A stretch of 64,000 nt of DNA. It comes from an uncultured delta proteobacterium (GTDB lineage: Bacteria > Myxococcota_A > Polyangia > Polyangiales > CAVUEK01). The translations under genes and the position numbers were made by a program. The notes beneath the pieces were generated by a model that was given only the letters and a program-made list of their open reading frames with translations, did no database searches and had not been told where the DNA came from. The DNA is taken from positions 50,876 to 114,875 of the forward strand of contig CAVUEK010000004.1 of the NCBI GenBank assembly GCA_963740495.1, given 5' to 3'. Of this stretch, positions 8,047 through 17,379 are shown piece by piece (position 1 is the stretch's first letter; every line of letters starts with the position of its first letter).

Positions 8047-8856
8047 ATGAGCGAAACGAACGAGATCCTGCGGCTCGACGGCTGGGCTCTCATCCTCGGT
8101 GCTTCGGGCGGCTTCGGGGCTGCGGCGAGCCGCGCGCTCGCGGAGGCGGGGATGAACGTCATCGGCGTCCACCTCGACCGCCGGGCGGGCATGGCCGAAG
8201 TGGAGAAGCTGAAGCGCGAGATCGAGGGGAACGGCCGGCGCGCGCTCTTCTTCAACGTCAACGCGGCCGACGCGGAGAAGCGCGCGTCGGTGCTCGACGA
8301 CGTCAGGGGGAAGCTCGACGCGAGCGGCGAGAAGGTCCGCGTGCTCATGCACTCGCTCGCGTTCGGGACGCTCAAGCCGTACTGGACGCCCGACGGCGAC
8401 GTGATCAACAAGGCGAACATGGACATGACGCTCGACGTCATGGCGCACAGCCTTCTCTACTGGACGCAGGACGTGCTTCGACGCGATCTCTTCGCGGCGA
8501 ACGCGCGCATCTGGGCGATGACGTCGTCGGGAAGCCACAACGTGTGGCAAGGGTACGGCGCGGTCAGCGCGGCGAAGGCGGCGCTCGAGGCGCACATCCG
8601 TCAGCTCGCGGTCGAGCTCGCGCCGTTGCGCATCACGGCGAACGCGATCTGCGCGGGCGTCACCGACACGCCGGCGCTCCGCAAGATCCCCGGGAACGAG
8701 GCGATGATGAAGGCCGCGAGCGCGCGCAATCCGCATCATCGGCTGACGACGCCCGAAGACGTCGCGCAAGCGCTCGTCGCGCTCGCGACGCCCGCGACTC
8801 GGTGGGTCAACGGCAACACGATCATGGTCGACGGCGGCGAGGACATCGCGGGCTGA
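8047..8856 (+). CDS. SDR-family oxidoreductase, enoyl-ACP reductase (FabL)-like
   Basis: ILGASGGFGAAASRALAEAG Rossmann motif, a Y-x6-K catalytic spacing (YGAVSAAKAALEAH) as in FabI/FabL, and the C-terminal GNTIMVDGG. Confidence 0.75.
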   Translation: MSETNEILRLDGWALILGASGGFGAAASRALAEAGMNVIGVHLDRRAGMAEVEKLKREIEGNGRRALFFNVNAADAEKRASVLDDVRGKLDASGEKVRVLMHSLAFGTLKPYWTPDGDVINKANMDMTLDVMAHSLLYWTQDVLRRDLFAANARIWAMTSSGSHNVWQGYGAVSAAKAALEAHIRQLAVELAPLRITANAICAGVTDTPALRKIPGNEAMMKAASARNPHHRLTTPEDVAQALVALATPATRWVNGNTIMVDGGEDIAG

Positions 8857-8860
8857 TCGC

Positions 8861-9709
8861 TCAGCCCGGCGCGGAGCGGAACCGGCCGTTCTCGAGGACG
8901 AAGCGCGTGGCGCCTGGGATGCGCCGCTCGCGAACGGGGTGGCCCCGATCGCCGGGCAGGAGCAACGACCAGGTTCCGTCGTCGTCGAGGAAGACGGGCT
9001 CGATCACGGGCGGAGGACGCGAGCGCGCGTCCGCGAGCGCGGCGTCGATCGAGTCGAACGCCGCGAGCATCTCGAGGCTTCGCATGGTCGGCGGTGGAAG
9101 CGAGATCTCGCCGCGGCGCTCTCTGTCGAGCGCTTCATCGGGCGCGAGCCACGCGGCCTCGGTGGTCTCGCGCTCGTCGTGCGCGGGCTCTTGGTCGTCC
9201 GGCGCGACCGTCAGGAAGAAGCGCGTGTCGTAGCGTCGCGGTTCGACCGCCGGCGTGATCCAACGCGTCCACGGGACCAGTCGGTCGAGCCGGAGCCTCG
9301 CGCCGAGCGCGCGCACGAGCGTTTCGAACGGCTCGCCGCCGAGCAATCGAGCGCGCGCTCCCGCGAGCGCGGCGGTGTCGGCGACGTCCGCGAGCAGAAC
9401 GCCCGCTTCCTCGAAGGTCTCGCGAACCGCGGCGACGTAGAGACCGAGCGCGCGGTCGGCGATGTCGGGCTCGCCGAGCGCTGCGCGCGCGCCGTCGGCG
9501 TCGAGCCCCGTACGCGTGCTTGGATCGAGGGCGCGGTCCGCGTCGTCGAGCTTGCCGCCGGGAAAGACGTACGCGCCGCCCATGAAGCCGCTCTTCTCGT
9601 GGCGGCGCACCATGAAGACGCGAAAGAGCGCGTCCGAGGCACGCAGGACGAGGACGGTCGAGGCGTCCTTCGGCGTCGCGGCCGGGCGCGCCCGATCGAC
9701 CTCGATCAC
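8861..9709 (-). CDS. NUDIX hydrolase
   Basis: From the GTG at 9709: Nudix box GGKLDDAD...ALGLYVAAVRETFEEAGVLL. Lies 7 nt downstream of the XRE gene on the same strand. Confidence 0.85.
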   Translation of the reverse strand: MIEVDRARPAATPKDASTVLVLRASDALFRVFMVRRHEKSGFMGGAYVFPGGKLDDADRALDPSTRTGLDADGARAALGEPDIADRALGLYVAAVRETFEEAGVLLADVADTAALAGARARLLGGEPFETLVRALGARLRLDRLVPWTRWITPAVEPRRYDTRFFLTVAPDDQEPAHDERETTEAAWLAPDEALDRERRGEISLPPPTMRSLEMLAAFDSIDAALADARSRPPPVIEPVFLDDDGTWSLLLPGDRGHPVRERRIPGATRFVLENGRFRSAPG

Positions 9710-9716
9710 GCGCCGC

Positions 9717-10517
9717 TCACTCTTCGGTGAGGACGCGCGTCGTCGGAACGCCGATGGCCTGCGCCAAGCGGGCGATCGTCTCGAGGGAGGGCGTGTGGCG
9801 GCCAGCCTCGACGCGGGCGATGTTCGGGCGGTGAATTCCGGTGCGGCGAGCGAGCTCGGCCTGTGTGAGGCCGGCCTCGAGGCGCAGGGCGCGGATGCGG
9901 GCGCCGAGGTGGGCGCCGTCCTCGACCTGGGCCTTTCCGAGGACGATCTCGGCGGCGGACACGGAGATCTCACGGCCCTTCGAGAGCTTCACCGTCGCGG
10001 CTTGGGCGTCGGTCGCGATGGCGATCGAGACGACCTCGCTTCCGTCGTCGTCGTCCGAGACGGGACGGGGGAGCACGAACAATCGTCCGTCGCCGAGGAT
10101 CGCGACGAGCTCGCTGCCACCGGGTGAGACGGTCAAGAACTCGAACCGCTGGCCGCGCACTCCGTCGAGCTTGCGCGCGAGCAGCTGACACACGCGAGGT
10201 GCGTCGCCGTCGCCGCGTGCGACGAGCCCCGGGCACATCTCTTCGAGGATGTCGTCGATCTCGGACGTGCCGTCGTCGAGGCCGACGGCGACGAGCGAGC
10301 CGCGGGCGCGCGCGAAGCCGACGGCTCCGAGGAGCTCGTTCTCGTCGTACACGTCGGGTGAGCCGTCGATCACGATCGCGGCTCCACGCTTCGCCGTCTC
10401 CGCGAGCGACGCGGGCAGGAGAAGCGACGCGTCCAACCCGTGCTGTCCGAGCTGCGGTCCGTAGATCGGCTCGAACCCCGGTCGATCCGTCAGCAGCAGT
10501 ACGGTCGTCGCAGACAT
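9717..10517 (-). CDS. XRE-family DNA-binding protein with C-terminal HTH and an uncharacterised N-terminal region
   Basis: ATG at 10517 preceded by GGGGAGGAG. C-terminal LGARIRALRLEAGLTQAELARRTGIHRPNIARVEAGRHTPSLETIARLAQAIGV is an HTH_XRE domain. The ~190-aa N-terminal part (VLLLTDRPGF...AIVIDGSPDVYD) was not assigned to a family. Confidence 0.8.
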   Translation of the reverse strand: MSATTVLLLTDRPGFEPIYGPQLGQHGLDASLLLPASLAETAKRGAAIVIDGSPDVYDENELLGAVGFARARGSLVAVGLDDGTSEIDDILEEMCPGLVARGDGDAPRVCQLLARKLDGVRGQRFEFLTVSPGGSELVAILGDGRLFVLPRPVSDDDDGSEVVSIAIATDAQAATVKLSKGREISVSAAEIVLGKAQVEDGAHLGARIRALRLEAGLTQAELARRTGIHRPNIARVEAGRHTPSLETIARLAQAIGVPTTRVLTEE

Positions 10518-10546
10518 CGCTCCTCCCCGAGTATCGATGACGAGAC

Positions 10547-11810
10547 TTACAACAGAGCACCGGTCCGGCTCAAGGGCGTAGACCGAATCTCTTCCCGTGA
10601 CGATGTCGAACGTCGGAGGGCGTCGGAGATTCCCGTGCGGATCTGCGCGATCGCCCACGCGAGCGCCACGAGGGCGATCGCGCCGGCGATCCACTCGGCG
10701 GGGGCGAGCGCGTCGTGAAACGGGCGAGAGAGGATTCCGAACGCAAACGTGAGGTGAGACCAGTAGACGAGGAGAGACGACCGGCCGAGCACGTCGAGGA
10801 TCGGGAGGCGGCCGCGCACGCCGTGCAAGACGTGGAGCAAGACGAGCGCGACGGCTGCGTGCGACGCGAGTCGTTGGAGCTCGACGAGGTCGGGGAGCGT
10901 CGCTGCGAGAGCTCCGCCGAGCGGCAACGCCTCGTGCGTGACGAGGACGCACACGATGGCGGCGAGCACAGAGCGTGTCGCGACGGGTGTGCGTGCGCGC
11001 GACGTGAGAGAGCGCGCGTAGAAGGTCCCGAACGCGGCACCTACGAACGCGTACGCGAGCCATGGCGCGAGCGGAAAGAACGCGACCGCCGAGGGACGCG
11101 CAGCGACGTAGTCGGCGAGCGCCGGAGCGAGCGATGTGGGGAGCGCGCGTGCGAGCGCAGGTGCGAGAGAGGCGACGACGAGCGCGAGCAGGAGAGCGAC
11201 GGCGGGTCGGCTGCGTCGCCTCCACACGATCGCGACGATCGCGATCGATGCGCCGATCGCGTGGAGCACGTCGACGCGGAGCGCTCCCGCGAGGCGAGTG
11301 GGCGCGGCCTCGCCGAGCACCACGAGCGAGGTCCCGACGAGGAGGACGCCGGCGCAGGCGGGCACGACGCCGCCCGCCGAGCGGCCGATGCGGCCGAGGC
11401 CAGGGAGGGCGAAGGCGAGGCCGGCCGCGGCGAGCGCGAGGACCAGCGGTCCGGCGGGTCGTAGAACCCCGAGGCTGTCGAAGAGCCAGAACTGGAGCCT
11501 CAGGGCGTAGCCGAGGAGAACGAGCCCAGCGCCGCGCGCGATGACCTTTCGGGTGGCGCTGGAGCGGTCGCTCGACCGCTCGAGGGCGAGCGCCACCGCT
11601 CCGCCCGAGACGAGCAGGAAAAGGGGGGCCGCGAGGCCCCCGAACGCCTGGACGGCCGCGAAGAAGGGGCCGGTGCGGACCTCGGGAGCGAGCCACCCGT
11701 CGGCCGTGTGCCAGCCGATCATCGGCGACCACCGCGACCCCGCGGAGCGCGTCGAGCGGCGCCGCTCGACGCTGCGTATCGCGGGGCTCAACTATCGAGG
11801 ATCCCATCAT
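10547..11810 (-). pseudogene. DUF1624 / heparan-alpha-glucosaminide N-acetyltransferase-like membrane acyltransferase, one frameshift
   Basis: The N-terminus [28 protein letters not shown] (family motif R..lDalRG) is in the frame of ORF 9717-11927. The multi-TM remainder is in ORF 10547-11791. The junction lies near 11720. Confidence 0.7.
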
Positions 11811-11950
11811 TTTCCGAGGCTCTCGGGGGTCCTCCCCGGCCGGGGATCTCGGTTGACACCCCGGGGGTCGGCTGCTACCCCTCCGCCTCCCGCGAGAAGC
11901 CGACGCGAGGGCTCCGCGCGGGTGCACCCGCAGTACCGAGGAGGCGGGCG

Positions 11951-12912
11951 ATGTTCAAGTCGAGCAGCATCTTCACCGGCAACGCCCACCCGAGCGCTCG
12001 CGGACGCGATCGCGACCTACCTCGAGGTGCCGCTCGGCCGCGCACGCGTGTCGCGGTTCTCGGACGGCGAGGTGTTCGCCGAGATCCGGGAGAACGTGCG
12101 CGGGCGTGGACGTGTACGTCGTCCAGCCGACTGCTCCGCCGGTGAACGACAAGCTGATGGAGCTGCTCGTCATGGCGGACGCGCTGAAGCGCGCGTCGGC
12201 CGGGTCGATCACGGCGGTCGATGCCGTACTACGGGTACGCGCGGCAGGACCGCAAGGTCGCGCCGCGGACGCCGATCACCGCGAAGCTCGTCGCGGACCT
12301 GTTGAGCCAGCCGGCGTGCGACCGGGTCGTGTCGATGGACCTGCACGCGGGGCAGATCCAGGGATTCTTCAACGTGCCGTTCGACCACCTCTACGCGATG
12401 CCGGTGTTCCTCGAGTACCTGCGGCCCGAAGTTCGCCGAGCGGCGCCGGTGTTGGTGTCGCCGGATGCGGGCGGCGTGGAGCGAGCGCGCGCGTACGCCA
12501 AGCGGATGCAAGCGCGACCTCGCGATCATCGACAAGCGGCGCGAGCGCGCCGAACGTCAGCGAGGTGATGAACATCATCGGCGACGTCGAAGGGCCGCGA
12601 CTGCATCATCGCTCGACGACATGATCGACACGGCCGGGACGCTCATGAACGCGGCCGCGCAGGCGCTCCTGCGAGCGCGGCGCGCGGAGCGTGATCGCGT
12701 GCGCGACGCACCCGGTGCTGTAGCGGCCCGGCGCTCGAGCGCATCGACGAATCGCCGCTCTCGACGAGGTGGTCGTCACGGACACGATCCCGCTCCGCGA
12801 CGAAGCGGTCGAAGACGGGCAAGTTCACGCGTGCTCGCGGTCGCGCGGCTCCTCGGCGAGGCGATCAAGACGGATCCACAACAGCGACTCGGTGAGCTCG
12901 CTGTTCGTATAG
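11951..12912 (+). pseudogene. prs: ribose-phosphate pyrophosphokinase, at least 8 frame changes
   Basis: Segments in alternating frames: [15 protein letters not shown] / [36 protein letters not shown] / [38 protein letters not shown] / [27 protein letters not shown]...[17 protein letters not shown] / [12 protein letters not shown] / [14 protein letters not shown] / [19 protein letters not shown] ... VVVTDTIPL ... LLGEAIK. Confidence 0.93.
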
Positions 12913-12949
12913 GAGGGCGCGCGCTCGACTGTCATAGGGAGAAAAAGAA

Positions 12950-13616
12950 ATGCAAACGCAGACGCTGAAGGCTGAGGTCCGCAAGCAAGGCGGAAAGGGG
13001 CCGGCGCGTCAGCTCCGAGTCGTGGGCTGATCCCGGCGGTGTTCTACGGTCCGGGCACGAGCACCGAGAAGCTCGTCGATCTCCCCGAAGGAGCTGCTTC
13101 GTGCCCTATCGACCGAGCTCAAGGGCGAACGCGTGATGAAGCTCGACGTGGGCGGCCAGGAGCAACTGGCGATGGTGAAGGACCTGCAGATCCATCCGCT
13201 GAGCCGCGCGCCCCTGCACGTCGACTTCTATCAAGGTCTCGACCGATCGCGCGGTCGAGGTGCGCGTACCGTTCTCACGAAGGGTCGCGCGGCCGGCGTT
13301 CAGGCGGGCGGCGAGCATGCAGGTCGTCTTCCGCGAGCTCCCGGTGCGGTGCATGCCCGACAAGATCCCGGCGGCGATCACCGTCGACGTCTCGGCGCTC
13401 GAGATCGGGACGGCGTGCAGCGTGAAGGACCTCGAGCTCCCGGAGGGAGTGGAGGTGCTCTACGGGCCGGACCGGCGCGTCGTGGTCGTCACCGAGGCGC
13501 TCAAGATCATGCCCGACGAGGCAGAGGTCGCCGCTGCTGCGGCGGCTGCCGCGGCGGCAGCGACGCCCGAGGGCGGCGCCGCACCGGCCGCGCCGGCCGC
13601 GACGCCCTCGCGCTGA
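12950..13616 (+). pseudogene. rplY: 50S ribosomal protein L25/general stress protein Ctc, several frameshifts
   Basis: MQTQTLKAEVRKQGGKGPARQLR / IPAVFYGPG / VMKLDVGGQEQLAMVKDLQIHPLSRAPLHVDFYQ / VEVRVPF...VFRELPVRCMPDKIPAAITVDVSALEIGTACSVKDLELPEGVEVL, followed by an Ala-rich tail. The pieces lie in different frames. Confidence 0.9.
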
Positions 13617-13630
13617 CGAGGAGCGCGCGC

Positions 13631-14200
13631 GTGTTTCTCGTCGTGGGGCTCGGCAATCCGGGGCCCAGTACGCGAAGAACCGGCACAACGTCGGCTTCAT
13701 GGTGGTCGATCTGTCTGGCGAGCACTGGAAGGCCGGCGCGATGCGCGAGAAGTTCAGGGCGCTTCGCGAAGGCGGCGCACGGCGGTGCGACTGGTTCTGC
13801 TCAAGCCGCTCACGTACATGAACCTCAGCGGAGAGTCGGTGCAGAAGGCCATGGCGTTCTTCAAGGTGCCGTCGGACGAGGTCATCGTCGTGCACGACGA
13901 GCTCGACCTGCCGTTCGGGAGGTGCGCGATCAAGGTCGGCGGCGGCGCGGCCGGGCACAACGGGATCAAGTCCGTCACGCAGTACTGCGGCGGCCCGGGT
14001 TCGTGCGCGCGTGCGCGTCGGGATCGGGCGGCCTCGGTCGGGGGCGCCCCGAGGGGCACGTGCTCAGCGATTTCTCGAGCGGTGAGCGCGCGGAGCTGCC
14101 GGACGTGCTCGAGCGCGCGGCCGCAGGCGTCGAGGGGATCGTCAGCGGGGGCCGGCGCGAGAAGGCGATGAATCGCGACCACAAGGACCCCGGCCAAGAG
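13631..14200 (+). pseudogene. pth: peptidyl-tRNA hydrolase, several frameshifts; 3' end not determinable
   Basis: GTG at 13631: [11 protein letters not shown] / [14 protein letters not shown] / [61 protein letters not shown] / [27 protein letters not shown]. No in-frame stop occurs before rpsF in the final frame, so the end coordinate is approximate. Confidence 0.85.
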
Positions 14201-14301
14201 CAGCGAGGCACCGCTGGCCTCTCCGGCGCGGACGCGCGACACGACCGCCCGTTTCCTCGCTCCGGACCGCGAGCCGGGGCCCCAGACCGAGAGGAGAAAC
14301 A

Positions 14302-14838
14302 ATGGCAAGCCCAAGCAGTCGGTGACGAGCGCGCCCAGGCTCGCGAGTACGAGACCATCTACATCCTGAAGCCGAGACGTCGACCGACGAGGCGGACCAA
14401 GCGTCGCGACCCGCGTCTCGAGAGGTCGTCGCTCGCCTCGAGGGCAAGCTCCGAAGGTGGACAACTGGGGCAAGCGACGCCTCGCGTACCCATCAGCAAG
14501 CACGCGCGGCATGTTCGTCTACTTCCGAAGTACGTCGGGTACAGCGACCTCGTCGCGGAGATCGAGCGCAACCTGCGCATGCTCGACGCGTCGATGCGCT
14601 TCCAGACGGTGCGCGTCGAAGAGGCAACGTCGAGCTCGCGCGCGTACGAGGCGGTCGATCCGGCCGAGGTGAAATTCGGTCGGCATCGAGGTGACGGAGG
14701 ACGAGGAGGAGGAGGCGGTCGACCGTCGACTCGGCTTCGGCTCCGAGAGCGCGCCGCCGCCCGCGATGATGCCCGACGCCGAGGATGACGAAGTCGCTCC
14801 CGAGCGAAGAGCCCGAGACCCCGGACGAGGACGAGTGA
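14302..14838 (+). pseudogene. rpsF: 30S ribosomal protein S6, frameshifted
   Basis: ATG at 14302 after GAGAGGAG. REYETIYILKP..., VDNWGKRRLAYPI.KH, YVGYSDLVAEIERNLRMLDASMRFQTVRVEE and an acidic tail ending ...PDEDE-TGA at 14836-14838. The pieces lie in at least 3 frames. Confidence 0.88.
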
Positions 14839-14846
14839 GGAACGCC

Positions 14847-15159
14847 ATGCACGACGACATGAATTACGACGACGACGACGACAAGGGCTCGATCGTCCGG
14901 GAATCGCGCTCGGACGCGGGATCCGCTCGGGCTTCGCCGCAAGCGCGGTGGCCGCAAGCGGCCGCCCGCGTTCACGACGGAGCCGGAGTTCGCGTTCGAT
15001 TACAAGGATCCGCAGCAGCTCAAGTACTTCATCACCGAGCGCGGCAAGATCGTGCCTCGCCGCATCAGCGGCCTGACGGCACGACAGCAGCGCGCGCTCA
15101 CGCTCGCGATCAAGCGGGCGCGCAACATCGCTCTTCTGCCGTACACGGCGGTGAAGTGA
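14847..15159 (+). pseudogene. rpsR: 30S ribosomal protein S18, one frameshift near the 5' end
   Basis: [14 protein letters not shown]... shifts into [74 protein letters not shown], with the stop at 15157-15159. Confidence 0.9.
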
Positions 15160-15166
15160 GGTAGCC

Positions 15167-15632
15167 ATGGCGACGAACGTACGAGTCGTCCTCAAGGAGG
15201 ACGTCGACAACCTCGGGCGATCGGGCGAGCTCGTCCGGGTCAAGCCCGGCTACGCTCGGAACTTCCTCATCCCGCGCGGGCTCGCCGCTCTGGCCACGCG
15301 CGGGAACCTCGCGCAGGTCGAGCACGAGCGCGGAGATGGCGCTCGCGCGCGCCGAGAAAGAACGCAAGGTCGCGATGGACGCCGCGAAGACGCTGGACGG
15401 AGTGCGAGATACCAGGTCGCGAAAGAGGCGGGCGAAGAGGGCAAGCTCTTCGGCTCGGTCACCGCCGCGGAGATCGTCGGAGGCGCTCGAGCGCAAGGGC
15501 ATCGAGATCGATCGCAAGAAGCTCGTGATGCCCACCGATGCCATCAAGCAGACCGGCGAGTACGAGCTCTACGTGAAGTACCCGGCAGGGGTTCGCGCGA
15601 CCTTCAAGCTCACGGTCGTGACCAAGAGCTGA
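15167..15632 (+). pseudogene. rplI: 50S ribosomal protein L9, frameshifted
   Basis: MATNVRVVLKEDVDNLGRSGELVRVKPGYARNFLIPRGLA... / MALARAEKERKVAMDAAKTLDGV / YQVAKEAGEEGKLFGSVTAAEIV / EALERKGIEIDRKKLVMPTDAIKQTGEYELYVKYPAGVRATFKLTVVTKS. Confidence 0.9.
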
Positions 15633-15653
15633 GGGGTCCGAGCGGGCTCGCAG

Positions 15654-15715
15654 TCCACAGGCTGGACGCCGATTTTCCCAGCGAAACCACAGGGTTTCCA
15701 CAGTCTGTCCACTTG
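15654..15715 (+). promoter_or_regulatory. phased array of direct TCCAC(A/T) repeats (DnaA-box-core-like) upstream of dnaB
   Basis: TCCACAGG at 15654, ACCACAGG at 15686, TCCACAGT at 15697 (gTTTCCACA matches TTATCCACA at 7 of 9 positions), TCCACTTG at 15708, plus a degenerate TCCCAG at 15676. All are in the same orientation with starts spaced 22/10/11/11 bp. The patch is AT-richer than its surroundings. Confidence 0.4.
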
Positions 15716-15795
15716 CGCAGTATCCGTTTTGGCGTAGTCTCATCCGATCGGAACGGAGGACGTAGGGCGCTCGCTCGAGGGAGCCACCGACGTCC

Positions 15796-17321
15796 GTGCG
15801 GGCTCCGCGCCGGAGGCGCGGCGGTGACCCGCAACTCACCTTCGGACGGGTCGTGGACGAGCTGACGCACGTGTTCGGGAGCGGTCGTGAGGAGCCCCGG
15901 AGGGGCCCTCCTGGCCGTGTTCCCCCCCAATCGCTCGAGGCCGAGCGCGCCGTTCTCGGGGGCGTGATGCTCGAGAACAACGCGATGAACGTCATCCTCG
16001 AGATCGTCTCGCGCGGAGGACTTCTACAGCGAAGCGAACGCGGTGCTGTTCGAGGCGATGCACGCGCTCTTCGCGGCGGCGAAGCCAATCGACACGGTGA
16101 CGGTGCGCGAGGAGCTCGTCGCGCGCGGCAAGCTCGCGGCCGTCGGGGGCGACGACTACCTGCTCGAGCTGACCCACACGATCCCGACGGTCGCGAACAT
16201 CGAGGCGCACGCGCGCATCGTGCGGGAGAAGGCGCTCGTTCGGCGTCTCATCACGGCGTGCCACGAGGTCGCGGCGCGCGGTTACGGCGACTATGGCGAG
16301 CCCGAGAAGTTCCTCGACGAGGCGGAGAAGGCGATCTTCGACGTCGCGCAGGAGAAGCTGCGCAGCCCGTACGAGCACATCAAGGACGTGGTGCTCCGAA
16401 CGTTCACGGAGATCCACGAGGCGGCCGAGCGCGGGGAGAAGATCACCGGGCTCCCGAGCGGCTTCGACGAGCTCGACGAGAAGACGGCGGGGATGCACCC
16501 GGGCGATCTGATCATCGTCGCGGGGCGGCCCGGGATGGGAAAGACCGCGTTCGCGCTGAACATCGGCGTCAACGCGTGCGCGCTTCGCAAGAAGGGCGTC
16601 GCGATCTTCTCGCTCGAGATGCCGAAAGAGCAGCTCGTCCGTCGCATGCTCTGCAGCGAGGCGCGCGTCGACGGCTCGCGCATGCGAAGCGGGACGCTCT
16701 GGCGAGACGATTGGCCGAAGCTCGCGCGCGCGGCGGGCACGCTGAGCGAGATGCCGCTGTGGATCGACGACACGCCGGCGCTGAGCATGACCGAGCTCCG
16801 CGCGAAGTCGCGGAGGTTGATGGCGCAGGAGGGGCTCGGGCTCGTCGTCGTCGACTACCTACAGCTCATGCGCTCGGGGTCGCGCAACGACAGCCGCGAG
16901 CAGGAGATCAGCGAGATCAGCCGCAACCTGAAGTCGCTCGCGAAGGAGCTGTCGATCCCGGTGATCGCGCTCTCGCAGCTGAACCGCGGGGTGGAGTCGC
17001 GCGGGACCAAGGACAAGCGCCCGCAGCTGAGCGACCTTCGCGAGTCGGGCGCCATCGAGCAGGACGCCGACACGATCCTCTTCATCTACCGCGACGAGGT
17101 CTACAACCAGGACAACGTCGACGCGAGGAACCGTCGCGGAGATCATCATCGGCAAGCAGCGTTCGGGCCCGACCGGCACCGTGCACGTGGCGTTCTTCAA
17201 CGAGTACACGCGCTTCGACAACCTCGCGCGCGAGGAGTACGGCGAGTACGGCGACTACGGTGGTGGTGGCGCCGGCGCGAGCGGCGGGGACGGGGGCGGG
17301 GGCGCGGAGTTCGCAGATTGA
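15796..17321 (+). pseudogene. dnaB: replicative DNA helicase DnaB, at least two frameshifts; start uncertain
   Basis: PPQSLEAERAVLGGVMLEN..., DYLLELTHTIPTVANIEAHARIVREKALVRRLI, Walker A GRPGMGKTAFALN, LVVVDYLQLM, SEISRNLKSLAKELSIPVIALSQLNRGVESR, SDLRESGAIEQDADTILFIYRDEVY. Frame changes lie near 16010 and 17125. The Gly-rich tail ends with TGA at 17319-17321. Confidence 0.93.
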
Positions 17322-17379
17322 GCGCGACCCGTCGCCCGCGGGCAGCCCACGTGTGGGGGATGGTTCGCGCAGCGCTCGG

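Noticed and set aside
11831-11880. Promoter for prs (TTGACA at 11852-11857, 17-nt spacer, TACCCC) and the 14-bp palindrome TCCCCGGCCGGGGA just upstream
   Set aside because: The -10 element matches the consensus at only two positions. GC-rich palindromes of this size are frequent by chance in this composition.
9717-11927. 736-aa ORF on the minus strand as a single large protein
   Set aside because: It is a composite. Only its last 266 codons (XRE protein, with its own RBS and ATG at 10517) and its first ~30 codons after 11810 (the N-terminus of the frameshifted DUF1624 gene) look real. The middle is Arg-rich shadow sequence of the DUF1624 frame.
13520-13600. GCN-rich run (poly-Ala) at the end of rplY and the Gly-rich run at the end of dnaB (17240-17310) as repeat elements
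   Set aside because: These are low-complexity coding tails common in GC-rich genomes. They have no defined repeat unit at the DNA level.
15633-15795. Chromosomal replication origin (oriC) in the rplI-dnaB spacer
   Set aside because: Only 4-5 imperfect box cores occur, with no obvious AT-rich unwinding element and no dnaA/dnaN nearby. A regulatory binding array or promoter is more plausible than an origin.
11951-17321. Programmed ribosomal frameshifting or transcriptional slippage as the explanation for the broken housekeeping genes
   Set aside because: There are too many sites (dozens) and no shared slippery heptamer or downstream structure. The insertions I resolved are of different bases in different contexts, and the affected genes are unrelated. 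Sequence error is far more parsimonious.
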